Positions 24,897 through 37,502 of a stretch of 64,000 nucleotides of DNA are shown one piece after another. Made by a program: the position numbers and the translations under genes. The DNA comes from Vicugna vicugna (Eukaryota), in the NCBI GenBank assembly GCA_013265495.1, contig MU058213.1, forward strand, positions 7,394,066-7,458,065, written 5' to 3'. How positions within the stretch are numbered: position 1 is the first letter of the stretch; each line of letters begins with the position of its first letter. The notes beneath the pieces are model-generated. The model saw only the letters and a list, made by a program, of their open reading frames with translations, searched no databases and had not been told where the DNA came from.

Positions 24897-26815
24897 CTAG
24901 AAGAGAAGAAACAATGACAAAAGTAAGAAAGTATCCAGGATGTAGTTCTTAGGATGTCCATCATCCACAGTGTACTCAGAAGCCCATTTTGTTCAGACGA
25001 GGATGAGAGGTAAGATGAACCTTAACCTCACAGAGCTCCATCACTGGATCGACCCCAGGGTGACGCGACCATTAGTGATGGGGGCAGCGAGCATCACCTT
25101 CTGGCTTAAGGGATGCTGTGGTAAAAATAGCAGCGCGCACAGTAATTAAACCAAGTGAGAGAAGACTCTTATTTTTACTTTAAATAGGGGAGAAGATCAC
25201 GTTTATAGGCAGAGTGGGGAAGATTTAAGGCACAAGAGAGTGATGCCAACTGACTCAGACAAGAGTGAACTGAGCAACAGAGCAATTAATTTGCCACGGC
25301 CATTGATTTGGTGTTTACTTTTTAATGAAAATGACTCTTCCTGCTCACATGAAGCATAACTTCTAATGGGGAGGGAAAACGCATCCACAAAATGTGCCTC
25401 TCTGTCTGTACTCATTAAAGTCAAAAGGGGCATGACAGCTCCTTCGCTGTACACGGCAGCAAAATGAACACACGCTGGATGAAAAGATGAGGAACTCATG
25501 AGTCAGCACCCTTGATGTCTCCAAGATGATTTACAGAGAGCAGGTGAGGCACGGAGCGAGGCAAGGTTCCGCACACGAGACCACAGACAGACACCACGAA
25601 CGCAGGCTTCCATGCCAACAGCGCCATCGCCACCTCAGAGATTCTCCATTTTCAACTCTTTATTTTCCATTCTTCTCGGGGAGAGGGGGGTGAGATGCTT
25701 GAGACCAGATAGGTTCAAGGTTAACAAAACTCTTGGGAACATTTAGCCTGTGACTAAGAAGGGTGGTCAACCTTGCATTTTTTTTTTTGTCTTTCAAGTT
25801 ATTAAGGGAACGATTTAACCCTCCTCGGGAAAAGTAAAGTTGTTGAAAACCTTGGCGCCCACATCAGACCAATTACCGAGCTATGGAACGTATCGTACAG
25901 GAAAGAAATCCGTTCTGAAAATCCATGGTAGACATAAAGAATGTTAGTTCCAAAGTTGTGCGCCAAGACCAAAATCACACACTTGTTCTCCACACAACTT
26001 TCCAAAGGACTTATTTAAGGAAGCTGAAATTACATAGCCCGACTCAAAACCTTTTTTTCCCCCCCTTTTATTGAGGAAAACGAAACGATCGCTTTTCATT
26101 ATGTTTGACTTGGCTTTGCGGAGTGAAGTGAGGACCGTCTGCAGAGTCTGGGAGGCTCTCTCACGTGGACACTCACCAGAGTGTTCTAGGAGTTCTAGGA
26201 GTTTCTGAAATGAGCTTTTTTCACAGGAAGGGAACTTTCCTCAACAGCAGGAGTGAGTAAAGTTGAAAAATCTGAATACCATTTGCGACTGGAGCTCCTG
26301 ACACCAGCACCAATACACTGATACACGAGTGCTCTTTCAGCATTATGAGAGATACCTGTGTACTTTCCTTAGCAAATACTGCTTTCTGTAAAATCACTTT
26401 GAAGAGAAAGCGCACATGCTGTCACTCCTGATTATTCAGAACCTTCACACAATTGGATTTAGCACAGCCCCAGACAGACCTGTCTATATTCGCTGAGTGT
26501 GGAACTGCTTTCTCCTGACATCCAAAGGCCTGATGAAAATACCACGGCTTTGACTTTTCTACTTAAATTTATTATACAGCGTGAGGCAGTGTTCTCATCA
26601 AATATTTTCATGACGATTAGATTGATAGTAGATTTGGAAAATCCTTCCAGGAAAGCTGCCTGATCTTTGAGATCACAATAGTGCAAAGCTGAGACTTCTC
26701 GTATCTGTCTCCAGGAGACAGTGTGACTTCGGCCACAGCACTAACTCGGTCCCTCAGTTTTGTTTAACTGCCAATTAGTGATCAGGAGAAATAACTGGGG
26801 GACAGAGCTATACAA

Positions 26816-26943
26816 AGAGTTGCCAGATTTAGCAGAGACAATACAGGATGCCCGGTTACATTTAAATTTCAGACACTAGTAATTTGTTGCTTATCTGAAA
26901 TTCAAATATAAACTGGGCATCCTGTGTTTAATCTGGCAACCCT
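26816..26943. mobile_element. MER53-like palindromic DNA-transposon MITE, internally deleted
   Basis: Terminal inverted repeats agagttgccagattt / aatctggcaaccct; internal arms acaggatgcccggtt / aactgggcatcctgt and aaatttcaga / tctgaaatt. Confidence 0.88.
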
Positions 26944-27509
26944 AACCTCTGCAAATAAAATGTAAATTATATCTATCACATACAAAGAAGCATATACCAA
27001 TAAATTAATAGAAACACCTCAGTGGGGAAAGGCTTAAAAAACATCCCTCTCACAAAGCAATAATTTTTTTTTAAAGTGCATCACAACTTCCAATTATGGA
27101 GACAGAATATTTAATTGCATAATATTTAATTTTTTTACTTAATAGTCATTATGAAGACAAAATTCTATTTCCCCAGGAAAAGCAAGTGAACTGAAACAAC
27201 GTGAATGCACAGAAGATAAATTTAATGGAAGAATCAGAAAATTTATTGGAATTCCCTTCCTCCTCCTCTTCTGAAAAATAACTGTGATCACACTAACGTC
27301 TTGTAGTACTTCTTTCTCTACAGAAGCTCCAGTATTTCACAGGAACTGATTCCACAGAGTGGGAAAAAAACCAAAAAAACAGAAGCAGAATATGTCCTTC
27401 TCATTTCACGGATGGGTCAACCAAGACTCAGGAAAGTTTAATCAGCACAATGAAAAGTTTTCTGTGGGAAGTTAATATCTGGCGGGAAGTGAATCCATGG
27501 CACGTATTT

Positions 27510-29286
27510 AAAGCTATCTAAGGAGGTAAAAGACTTGTACTCAAAAACTGCAAGATGTTGATGAAAGAAACTAAAGACGACACAAAGAGATGGAAAGATA
27601 TACTGTGTTCTTAGATTGGAAGAATCAATATTAAAATAACATACCACCCAAGGCAGTCACAGAGTCAATGCAATCCCCATTCAAATGCCAATGGCATTTT
27701 TCACAGAACTAGGACAAACAATTTTAAATTTTATATGGAAACACAAAAGACCCTGAATAGTCAAAATAATCTTGAGAAACAAGGACAGAGCTGGAGGAAT
27801 CTGCTCTTCAGACTATACTACAAAGCCACAGTCCTCAAAAGAGTATGGTACTGGCACAAAAACAAAAACATAGCTCAATGGAACAGAATAGACAGCCTAC
27901 AAATAAACCCACACCCTTATGGTCTATTAATCTACAACACAGGAGGCAAGAATACACAATGGAGAAAAGACAGTCTCTTTCATAAGTGGTGCTGGAAAAC
28001 TGGACAGCTGCATGTAAGAGAATGAAATTACAACATTCTCTTAACACCATATACAAAATAAACTCAAAAAGGACTAAAGACCAAAATGTAAGACTGGAAA
28101 CCATAAAACTCCTAGAGGAAAACATAGGCAGAACACTCTGACATAAACTATAGCAATATATATATATATATATTTGGATCTGTCTCCTAAAGCAAAGGAA
28201 ATAAAAGCAAAAATAAACAAATAAGACACAATTACACTTAAAAGCAGCAAAGGAAACCATCAACAAAATGAAAAGACAACCTCCTGAATGGGAGGAAACA
28301 TTTGCAAATGACATGACTGATAAGGGGTCGATATCCAACATCTATAAGCAGCTTATACAACTCAACATCAGAAAAGCAAATTACCTGATTGAAAAACGGG
28401 CAGAAGACCTGCACAGGCATCTTTCTGAAGAGGACATGCAGATGGCCAACACACACAAGGAAAGATGCTCAACATCACTGATCATCAGAGAAATGAACAT
28501 CCAAACCACAATGAGACATCACCTTGCACCCATCAGAATGGCTTTCCTCGAAAAGAACACAAATAAAAGTTGGTGAGGCTGTGGAGAAAAGGGAGCCCTC
28601 CTACACTGCTGGCGGCAGTGTAAATTGGTGCAGCCACAGTGGAAAACAGTATGGAGAGTTCTACAAAATGACTCAGCAATTCTACTCCTGAGTAGATGCC
28701 TGAAGAAAATCCAAGACACTAATTCAAAAAGATACGTGCACCCTCATGTTCATAGCAACATTGTTTACAATTGCCAAGATTACCTAAGTGTCCGTCAACA
28801 GATGAACGGATGAAGAAGATGTGAGATAGATACACACACACACACAATAGAATACTATTCAGCCATGAAAAGAGTGAAATTTTGCCATTTGCAACAACAT
28901 GGATAGACTTGGAGGGTACTATGTTAAGTGAAGTAAGTCAGAGAAAGACAAATCTGTATGCTATCACTTATATGCAGTATATAAAAATACAACAAACTCG
29001 TGAACGTAACAAAAAAGAAACAGACTCACACAGAGAACAAACTAGTGGTTACCAGTAGGGGGAGGGAAGGGGGAGGGGCAATATGGGGGAAGGGGAGTAA
29101 GAGGGCCAAACTTTTATGTATAAAATAAGCTACCAGGATATATGATACAATACAGGGAATTCAGCCAATATTTTATAATAACTACGAATGAAGTATAACC
29201 TTTAAAAACTGAATCACTATATTGTATTCCGGTAACATATAATATTGTACATTCAATTATACTTCAATACAAAACAACAACAAAAA
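27510..29286 (+). mobile_element. 5'-truncated L1 (3' ORF2 remnant, 3' UTR and A-rich tail)
   Basis: ORF fragments [31 protein letters not shown] and [17 protein letters not shown] are L1 ORF2 with frameshifts; G-rich 3' UTR and A-rich tail follow. Confidence 0.95.
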
Positions 29287-29834
29287 CCCTTAGTAGAGAT
29301 AGTGACTTGAAAAAGAGTAAATATTAAAAAAAAGTTTCTCCCTGAAGCATATCACTTGGCAGTCAGCTCTATAAATGATTTAAACCCACAAGGCCCTGTC
29401 CCCTGCCTTAGCTAAGCCAGGAAGCCCCTCCAGGGCTTGGGTGATAGAGGCACTTGGAGAGGCCTGTGTGCCCTGGTTTGTGACCAGCAGCCATTTCTTC
29501 ACCTGCTTCGTTCTTAAATGGTGTGGGGGTGGGGTGGGGGGGTCCTTCCATTTTTCTTTTTCCTCATTTCCAGAGGTTGCAGGATTCCTATCTTTCTTGT
29601 CACAGAGCTCATCCTTCCTGAGATCATGAGGGTCTAAGCTGCCCATCCTTGTCCTCAACTGGAAGATGAAAGACGTATTCGAACCTAATGCTTCTAGCAG
29701 CCGCACTGAATCAAGAATTTTGGGAGAACTGGGTTTTTTATAGGTAAGTTATGATGATGGTTTAGGAGGCACAGAGCTCCAATTCTACCCAGAAATGGAA
29801 AAGAATAAACTTTTTCAAGTCAGCTTCTAAGATA

Positions 29835-30120
29835 ACTAGATTTGGAGTCAAGCTGACCTGAACTTTTATTCTTTGTCCATCCACTTTCCCGCCTCTTGGC
29901 TGAGAGGCCTTGGGCAAGTTGCTTCACTTCTCTGGGCTTGTATTTCCCAGTCTCCACAACTGTATATTATCATAATAATAGTCAAAAGGCAGTTGTGAAA
30001 ACTAAAATGAAATAAGGATGCTATGAACATTGGGGTGTGTTTATCTTTTTGAATAAGCGTTTTTGGTTTTCTTTGGGTACTTCCCACAAGTGGGAATTAC
30101 GATATAAATGTTAATTATTT
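29835..30120 (+). mobile_element. MIR SINE interrupted by an internal minus-strand L1 fragment (about 30010-30102)
   Basis: ccttgggcaagttgcttcacttctctgggc...gttgtgaaaactaaaatgaaataa, then gctatgaacattggggtg (reverse L1), then ataaatgttaattatt. Confidence 0.7.
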
Positions 30121-30704
30121 ACTTTGACCAAAGGTGGGCCACCCATGCTGCCTTATTTGAACAAAGTTGGATTAGAATGTTCTACTGAAAGCTATGCTAC
30201 AGTTACGCATGATGTCCTGGGTTTCACACTGATCCAGGGCCTCAGACTCCGGTTTTCAGACCAAGTGCTCTGACTTCAAAATTCACATCTGATGGAGGAG
30301 AGCATGAGACAGAGAACCAAGTTTCTAAAAGTAAATGTATTATTCTAGACCCCAAACTCCACTGGGGTCTTACTCTCTAAAATCAAGGGAAGATACTTGC
30401 TTACGGGGCAGGTGGACAAGGGGCTTGCCCGCTTAGCAAGTCCTTTGCTAAGGGTCAGCATGGGCAAAGGACTTAGATCACCGCACCGAAGGGTGATCAA
30501 ACCACGTCCAGATGTTGTGAAGGTTTCTATCCGCTTCCCAATGCTTGGGAAGTGCCACCAAGACCCCTCCCCCGGAGATCAGCAAACAGACCACTGAGAA
30601 GACGGGTGAGCTCTGCAGACACTGGGGCTCCACGGAGTGGCAGAAGACTGATGGGTGGAACCCGCTTTCCAAACACAGAGCACTCACACACCCTCTGCCA
30701 AAAG

Positions 30705-30800
30705 GGAACTGGCTGGCTGATCTGGGGAAGTCACAACTTCCCTGGGCCTCAGTTTTCTCATCTGTAACTTGAGACAGTTGAACTACACGATTTCTTGATT
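30705..30800 (+). mobile_element. MIR fragment
   Basis: aagtcacaacttccctgggcctcagttttctcatctgtaa. Confidence 0.8.
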
Positions 30801-31850
30801 TCTCTTCTAGTGCCTGGATCAAGGACGCCTTGCCCCGCTTTCAAGCTCTCGAACCAAACCTCCTCTAGGCAACAGGCTGCCAGGTCTATTTCTCCCTGTA
30901 GAAAAAACTAACGTAGCCACAATCAAAGGCAACCCCCTGAAACTTCTTTCTTTTTGCCTTTAAAAAGCAAAGAAGAAAGAAGGCAGTATCCACAAAAGGT
31001 TATGTAAGTAAAAGGTTCACATCTTTGGGGTGATATTTTAAAATTATCTGGGCTAGAGAAAAATAGTTCCTCTTCATAACGTTGTGGGACTCCTTATTAT
31101 TTTATCCAGATCATTATATCTTTATATATATGTAGAGAGAGGGGGAGGGAGGGAGAGAGAAACTCTCCCACTTAAGGCTTTAGAGTAACCTCTAACTTAA
31201 CACTATGACAACTGTTTTAAATTGCTGATTAATATCCTTAAAACGAAGAGGAAAAATCTTCACAACTACTCTCCCCAAAGTAGGACTCCTCATACAGCGA
31301 GATTCCCTGCGTCTGTTTAGCTGACCATGCTTCAAAGTCAAGCAAAAGAAATGTCATGAAAATGCCACAAATTTATCACTGTCACGGTTATCAGTAGTCA
31401 CAGAGTTACAGTGATTGCAGAGCAGAGCACTTGAGGAATGTAATCTGGTGTTTCCAATCAATGCCAAATCCTGGACCAATTAACTTCCCTGATGGACTTC
31501 TTATTGTCTCTTGGTTTCTAGGCAATTGTCTGGGTACCAAGTTGATTGTAACTTTTTTGGCAGGGGAGCTGGGGAGTCAGAAATGGCACCTTTCCTCCTC
31601 CCTAGACAATGCCAGTTACTAAATTGGCATTTCTAGAGATTCTGCATTGTGGAGAAGTCTGTAATTATCAAGATTCCTCTTTGCCACTTTGCTAATATTT
31701 AGCCTGTGTGCCTTCTCTCGTCCTTGTTCACAAGGAGATACCAATTGTTGAAACAGATCTTTTCAACATGGATAATTCTGTGTTAGGAAAAAAACAAAAA
31801 AACAAAAAGAAAAACAAACACAGCCAAAAGTACCTAAAATAAGATGCAGT

Positions 31851-31914
31851 ATGCGGTACCCCTGAAACTAACATCATAAATCAATGACACTTCAATAAAA
31901 AATAAGAATAAAAA
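31851..31914 (+). mobile_element. Ultra-short L1 3' tail insertion with target-site duplication
   Basis: cctgaaactaaca...aatcaatgacacttcaataaaaa flanked by aagatgcagt at 31841-31850 and 31915-31924. Confidence 0.8.
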
Positions 31915-32184
31915 AAGATGCAGTGGAGTTTTTTCCTTCTTTTTGTTTCTAAATATGTCAGCGTTTCCCTATTTCAAGTGAGCGTGTGTGGCAGGGAGAG
32001 GAAGAGGTGCTGAACGAGAATGAACAACATCTTTAACTGGCCAACCCACTTCATGCTTCTACACAAGCCCGAGCAGACCGATGCTTCGGGTCATTTCTAG
32101 AAAAGGAGGGCTCCAAATATGAAGGCCTTTGCAAGGTTCATTCTCCCTTCTCACAAGATGCCTGTGTTAAATGAGACGCCCATG

Positions 32185-32325
32185 ATTCAAGCTGTGGTCT
32201 TGTGAAAATGGCTTAACCTCTCTTGAGCCTCTGTTTTCTTATCCATAAAATGGGGATAAAATTCTCAGTGCTGGATTTATTGTAAGACTTAAATAAGGTC
32301 ATTGACATGGGACACCTAGCATCAT
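32185..32325 (+). mobile_element. MIR fragment
   Basis: cttaacctctcttgagcctctgttttcttatccataaaatggggataa. Confidence 0.8.
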
Positions 32326-34261
32326 GACTCTTTTCTACTAGAGAAGATTCTAACAGCAGACATTCTGCACTGGAGAAGCAGAGAGCTAGCATTTGGCTGG
32401 ACACAGGCCATGCCCATTAGGGCACTGCTGTTAAACAGGTGGATGATCTGGTAAGTAAACATTTCAGCACTTGGGCAGAATTTCCAAAACAAAATCTGGA
32501 CCCCCACCTCCTGCCATATGACCAACAAGCACAGCGATGGGGCTGCAGTCCTCTGGGTCTGCTCGCTCCCTCCCGGACCTCTTTCTCTTGTTGTAAGGAG
32601 CTAGTAGTTAAAACAGCAATTTACATGCAGCGTGTGAACACTCGGTAAGAAACAAGCCCCAGCATTCAGGTGGTTGTTTTTGAATGGCTAACCATTGTTT
32701 CATAAAGAAAATATATCACTCTGAGCTGGCCCTCTGTCCCCACTCCCCCAATCCTGACTTCTCCCGTGAGCTGGCTTCCTTTTACACACAGTCAAGGATC
32801 GACGCAGGATGTGAATCAGGAACACAGCCCTTGCCAAACAAAATGATGCTACAAAACAATGTCCTTGTCTAGGACAAAAGAGCTATTAATGATAATCAGT
32901 ACATATTACTGAAAGTGCTCCAAGTAATCTCTGGACTTTGTTTCAAAAATTCTTAATGGACACTAATGCTTAGAGTTCACTCAAAAGAGAAATAAATTAC
33001 GTGCCAGGGTTGCAGGGACCAAGGACAACAGGAGGAAGGCATCAAAGCATTAGCAATGTTACGACAATCAAACATTTTATAATTGCATAAAAAGCCTTTA
33101 AAAATCATTTATACATACTAATTATGAAGATAAATAATACTTTAATGTGAGGTTTCTTTTATGTTAGATTTGAGCCTAGGTTGAGCTGTTTCAGTAATAA
33201 TACTTCAGCTCTTTTACCAATCAAGGTACTTTCTCCAGCATGAAGAAAATTACATTTTAGTTTGAAAAATGGTTATGGGAATGAACACACAAAAAATTTT
33301 TTTTTGTTTTTGAATTAAAAAAATTTTTATGATTGCCCTCTGTCTCGAGGTCATATTTCCTGTCATGTGTGCCCAGAAATATCTTTTAATTTTGGACAGG
33401 CAGCCACAGCTGTCCCCTCTTTCAAGTCCTGCCTTTATCTTTGACAAAACAGTTCCAAGGACAAAACCTCATTCCTGGTCCCCGAGCAAAGGCAACATAA
33501 AGAGACCATCGGTCTATCCTAAAAAAAAATTTGAGACTAAATTTATCTGAGAAACATCCATCGTCTCCCTCAGAGATTACTATTCAGAGCATTATAAAAA
33601 GGAGGGAAATCTCTCCTCTTATGGATTGCTGGAGCCAAATGTGTGATTAGCACGAATGGACAGTAAGAAAAATAAGAATCTTTTGTTTTTTTCAAACTGA
33701 TTTCCTTCTATCCAGTCTCCATCCTGAAAATGAAGCTGCCCATTAGATATTACTTGGTCGACTTAAGTTTGATCTTGGCGCTCTGGGCAGACATGTGAAC
33801 TGACAACTATCACCATTTCCAGCTCAGCCTTCTGAAACTGGGTAGTTTTATCATATAAGTGCACAATCCAATTCTGGTAAAAATCAACAGCTTTTACCAT
33901 GTTTTTTCAGAAAATGCTTTACTTATCTACCTCTGAAACCTGCTGAAATTGTTTACCTTTGCCACAAATATGGGCAGGTACTGACGGTCTGTACGTGACT
34001 TGCCTGGATGTTGTCAAACACGTGGCTACAGCTACAAACCCCAAAATCAAAGCTACTGGAACTGGTTGGACAGGGTGATCCAAAGATTTTGGAGCTGTGA
34101 CCCTGAAGCATGTCAGGCACCACAGACACTTCTTATATACTATCTCCTTGTCTAGTCATGGGCCATGGATCCTGGTCATTATAAGCGGATTAAGGCAAAT
34201 AATGACTGAAGAAATATCACCTGGTCCACCGCCACCTCAAACCAAAGTCTGCTACGGATGT

Positions 34262-35232
34262 CACTAAAAAAACAAACAATCCAATCCAAAATGGGCAGAA
34301 GACCTAAACAAGCATTCTCCAGTGAAGACATACAAATGGTCAACAGGCACATGAAAATATGCTCAATATCGCTAATTATCAGAGAAATGCAAATCAACAC
34401 TACAATGAGGTATCACCTCACACTGATCAGAATGGCCATCATTAAAAAGTTCACAAACAATAAGTACTGGAGAGGGTGTGGAGAAAAGGGAACCCTCCTA
34501 CACTGCTGGCGGGAACGTAGTTTGGTGCAGCCATTGTGGAAAACAGTATAGAGATTTCTCAAACAATTAAAAATAGCCTTACCATGTGATCCAGCAATCC
34601 TATTCCTGGGCATGTATCTGGAGGGAACTCTAATCTGAAAAGATACATGCACCCCAATGTTCACAGCAGCACTATATACAATAGCCAAGACATGAAATCA
34701 ACCTAAACGTCCATCGACAGATGACTGGATAAAGAAGTTGTGGTATATTTATACAATGGAATACTACTCAGCCATAAAAAAGAATGAAATGCCATTTGCA
34801 GCAACATGGATGGACCTAGAGATCATCATTCTAAGTGATGTAAGCCATAAAGAGAAAAAAAAAAGTACCATATGAGATCACTCATATGTGGAATCTAAAA
34901 TCAGAAAAAAAGAACACTAATGAACTCATCTACAAAACAGAAAGACTCACAGACATAGTAAATAATCTTATGGTTACTGGAGGAAAGGGGGTGGGAAGGG
35001 ATAAATTTGAGAGTTTGAGATTTGCAAATGTTAGCCACTATATATAAAAATAGATTGAGAAAACAGTTTTTGTCTGTATAGCACAGGGGACTATATTCAA
35101 TACCTTGCAATAACCTTTAATGAGAAAAAATATGAAAATGAGCATATATATGTATATGCATGACTTGTGCTGTATGCCAGAAATTGACACATTGTAACCA
35201 ACTATACTTCAATTAAAAAAAAAAAAAAAGAA
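34262..35232 (+). mobile_element. 5'-truncated camelid-type L1 (end of ORF2, 3' UTR, poly-A)
   Basis: [36 protein letters not shown]...GTLLHCW is the L1 ORF2 C-terminus; ends tatacttcaatt followed by an A tail. Confidence 0.95.
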
Positions 35233-35749
35233 GCAGCATGGATAGAGCCAGGGTATACAAGTTATGGCAAAGAAGGAAACAATTTCATGGGTTCACTCAT
35301 GTGCTCAATCACCTGGAAAGGAGAGGAAATCCGCTTAAGTGGAGACAATGGGAATCTGGTTCTAAATTTGGAGGAAGTGAGTGCCACTCTCAGAACCAGG
35401 ACGAACTCAAAGCTCCAGGATCCAATGGTGGATCAAATAAATATTCAGAAGTGGAGAGATAATTTCAGTTAGTCCTGAATGTGTAGGATACCAACGGTCT
35501 GTAAAGGATTTCCAAAAATGTCAACGTTATTACCCTCTTGATGCAGAAAGATGAAAAGTCCCATTAAATCAACTCTCCATAGCCTCTCTACTCTCTTTTG
35601 ATGGCAGAATTTTAGGCAACTTGTCTGGACTGACCTCCGCTGGGTGACAATTCAAGAAAAGAAAGTAGTCACCAAGGCATTTACTTTGTATTCACAGACT
35701 TTACTGAGTGTGATAATTATTAGATTAGATGTAGAAGCTCTTTCCCCAT

Positions 35750-35895
35750 ATAAGATTCGAGTCAGGAAGACTGCATGCCAGTTCTCGCTCTGTCACTTGC
35801 CAGCTGTGTGAATTTGGTCAAGATATTTAATTTCTCTGAGCCTCAGTTTCCCAATCCTCAAAGAAGGGAAAAAAATTTCTCCTTTCACCTGGCAA
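35750..35895 (+). mobile_element. MIR SINE
   Basis: ctctgtcacttgccagctgtgtga...tttctctgagcctcagtttccc. Confidence 0.8.
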
Positions 35896-35919
35896 TTCAA
35901 CCACTGGAAATATAGACTT

Positions 35920-36270
35920 AGGAAGGATTTATGGATGAACACAGAGTTTTTATTATAACATTGTTTCTATCAGCAAAACACGAGGAGGGGAACCATTCAG
36001 ATGTCAATAGTAGAGGATGAGTTAGTAAACCATGTATATTTATGTCATGGAATACTCTGCCATCATTCAAATAATGAAAACTTAATTGTATAGACAGATG
36101 CTCTAGCATCTAGAGGAACAAAAGACTGAAAAATACACACAAAATTAGTGGCATTGGTTATTTCCGAGTAGAGAAATTAGGAATGATTTTTATTTTCTTT
36201 TCTTTGCCTATATCTTCTGAAATTTCCATAATAAAGCTGTACAAATAAAATTTTAATAGTAAAAAAGCCA
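35920..36270 (+). mobile_element. Old L1ME-like 3' fragment
   Basis: atgtcaatagtagaggatgagttagtaaaccatg...atggaatactctgc...atgatttttattttctt. Confidence 0.65.
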
Positions 36271-36487
36271 ATATTAAAAAGAAATGATGGATGGAAGTGT
36301 GACTTAGTGTTGGTTTTTATTATCAGAAACATCACTCCTCTGGGACCATTAGGAGACCCGGTTTTCTATGACAACTACTCATCGCATTACTTATTCCAGG
36401 AACTCTCTCTGGAGTCTGAAGTACACGTGTGATGGCATAGCTGGCAACTTTCAGGGGCGCCCCATGGTGATGGACAATCTAAAAATA

Positions 36488-36665
36488 CAGCTGACCCTCG
36501 AGCAACTACCTATAACTTACAGTTGGCCGTACATATCCCTGGCTCCTCTACATCCTTGGATTCAACCCACATCGGACCGTGTAGCACTGTGGTATTTACT
36601 ACTGAAGAATATCCACTATAAGTGGACCCATGCAGTTCAAACCCGTGTTGTTCAAGCGTCAACTG
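36488..36665. mobile_element. Tigger2/MER8-derived MITE (Tc1-mariner)
   Basis: TA|cagctgaccctcgagcaac ... gttgttcaagcgtcaactg|TA: inverted termini plus TA target duplication; internal tataagtggacccatgcagttcaaacccgtgttg. Confidence 0.88.
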
Positions 36666-37502
36666 TACTTGGTGAAATAGTAATCCAGCCACCAATCAAC
36701 ACGATGATGAAGGTCTAAAAAATTAGCCTTGCTGAGTTCAGTGTGTTTTAGATAAGGATCTAGAATCAGTGAGAGACCTGGACTCATGGAGGAAGACCTG
36801 ACTGCTCGGAAAACAAGCACCGTTTAGCTATCTAATCAAAGTTTTGTTCCTCCTGATGCTACAGGGTGTCTGTGCTGTCGGCACAGCCCAGCACTGCGGC
36901 CCCCATGGGTTTGTGGAGACCTCTGCTGAGCAGGTGTGGCCTCAGAGACTGATCGCAAATCCCTCAAGGCAAGAGGGAGCCCTTTTGTCAGTATCCTGAG
37001 AAGTCTCTGGAACTCAGCGCCGTGTAATGTGAAGAGCAGGCTCACAGGGGACAGAAGGACCAAGGATGCAAGCAAGGCTTCACTGCCGTCAGTTAAATCA
37101 CTCACTCTAGGTAAGTGACTCAGCCTGAGCCACAGGCTGATTTCTGCAGGATGGAGGTCAGAATGCCTTCTTTGTGGCGCTGTCATGATCACCAAATTGT
37201 AGATACAGTGCAAAGGTGAAAGCTGTCAAGGGTCCTTGAATTCCATTACCTAAGCAAAGTACCTTGAACCAATACATTGGAATGTTCCCGTGGGAAAGGG
37301 AATGAAAAAAGGCCTATGTGTCCTTGGGTTGTGGCATTAAGTTGGCACTGAGCTTCAGAACAAACGCTGGGTCCTTTTGGAGACTGATAATACCTTGTCC
37401 TAATTTGATTTCAGTTTGCATAGCGCTTCTAAATTGTCTTTCCTTCCTTCCATCCTTCCGCCCTTCCTTCCCTCATCTCTCTTTCTTTCATCTTAGGAAG
37501 GT

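Noticed and set aside
27735..28813. ORFs with retroelement-like peptides
   Set aside because: Frameshifted L1 ORF2 remnants, not host genes
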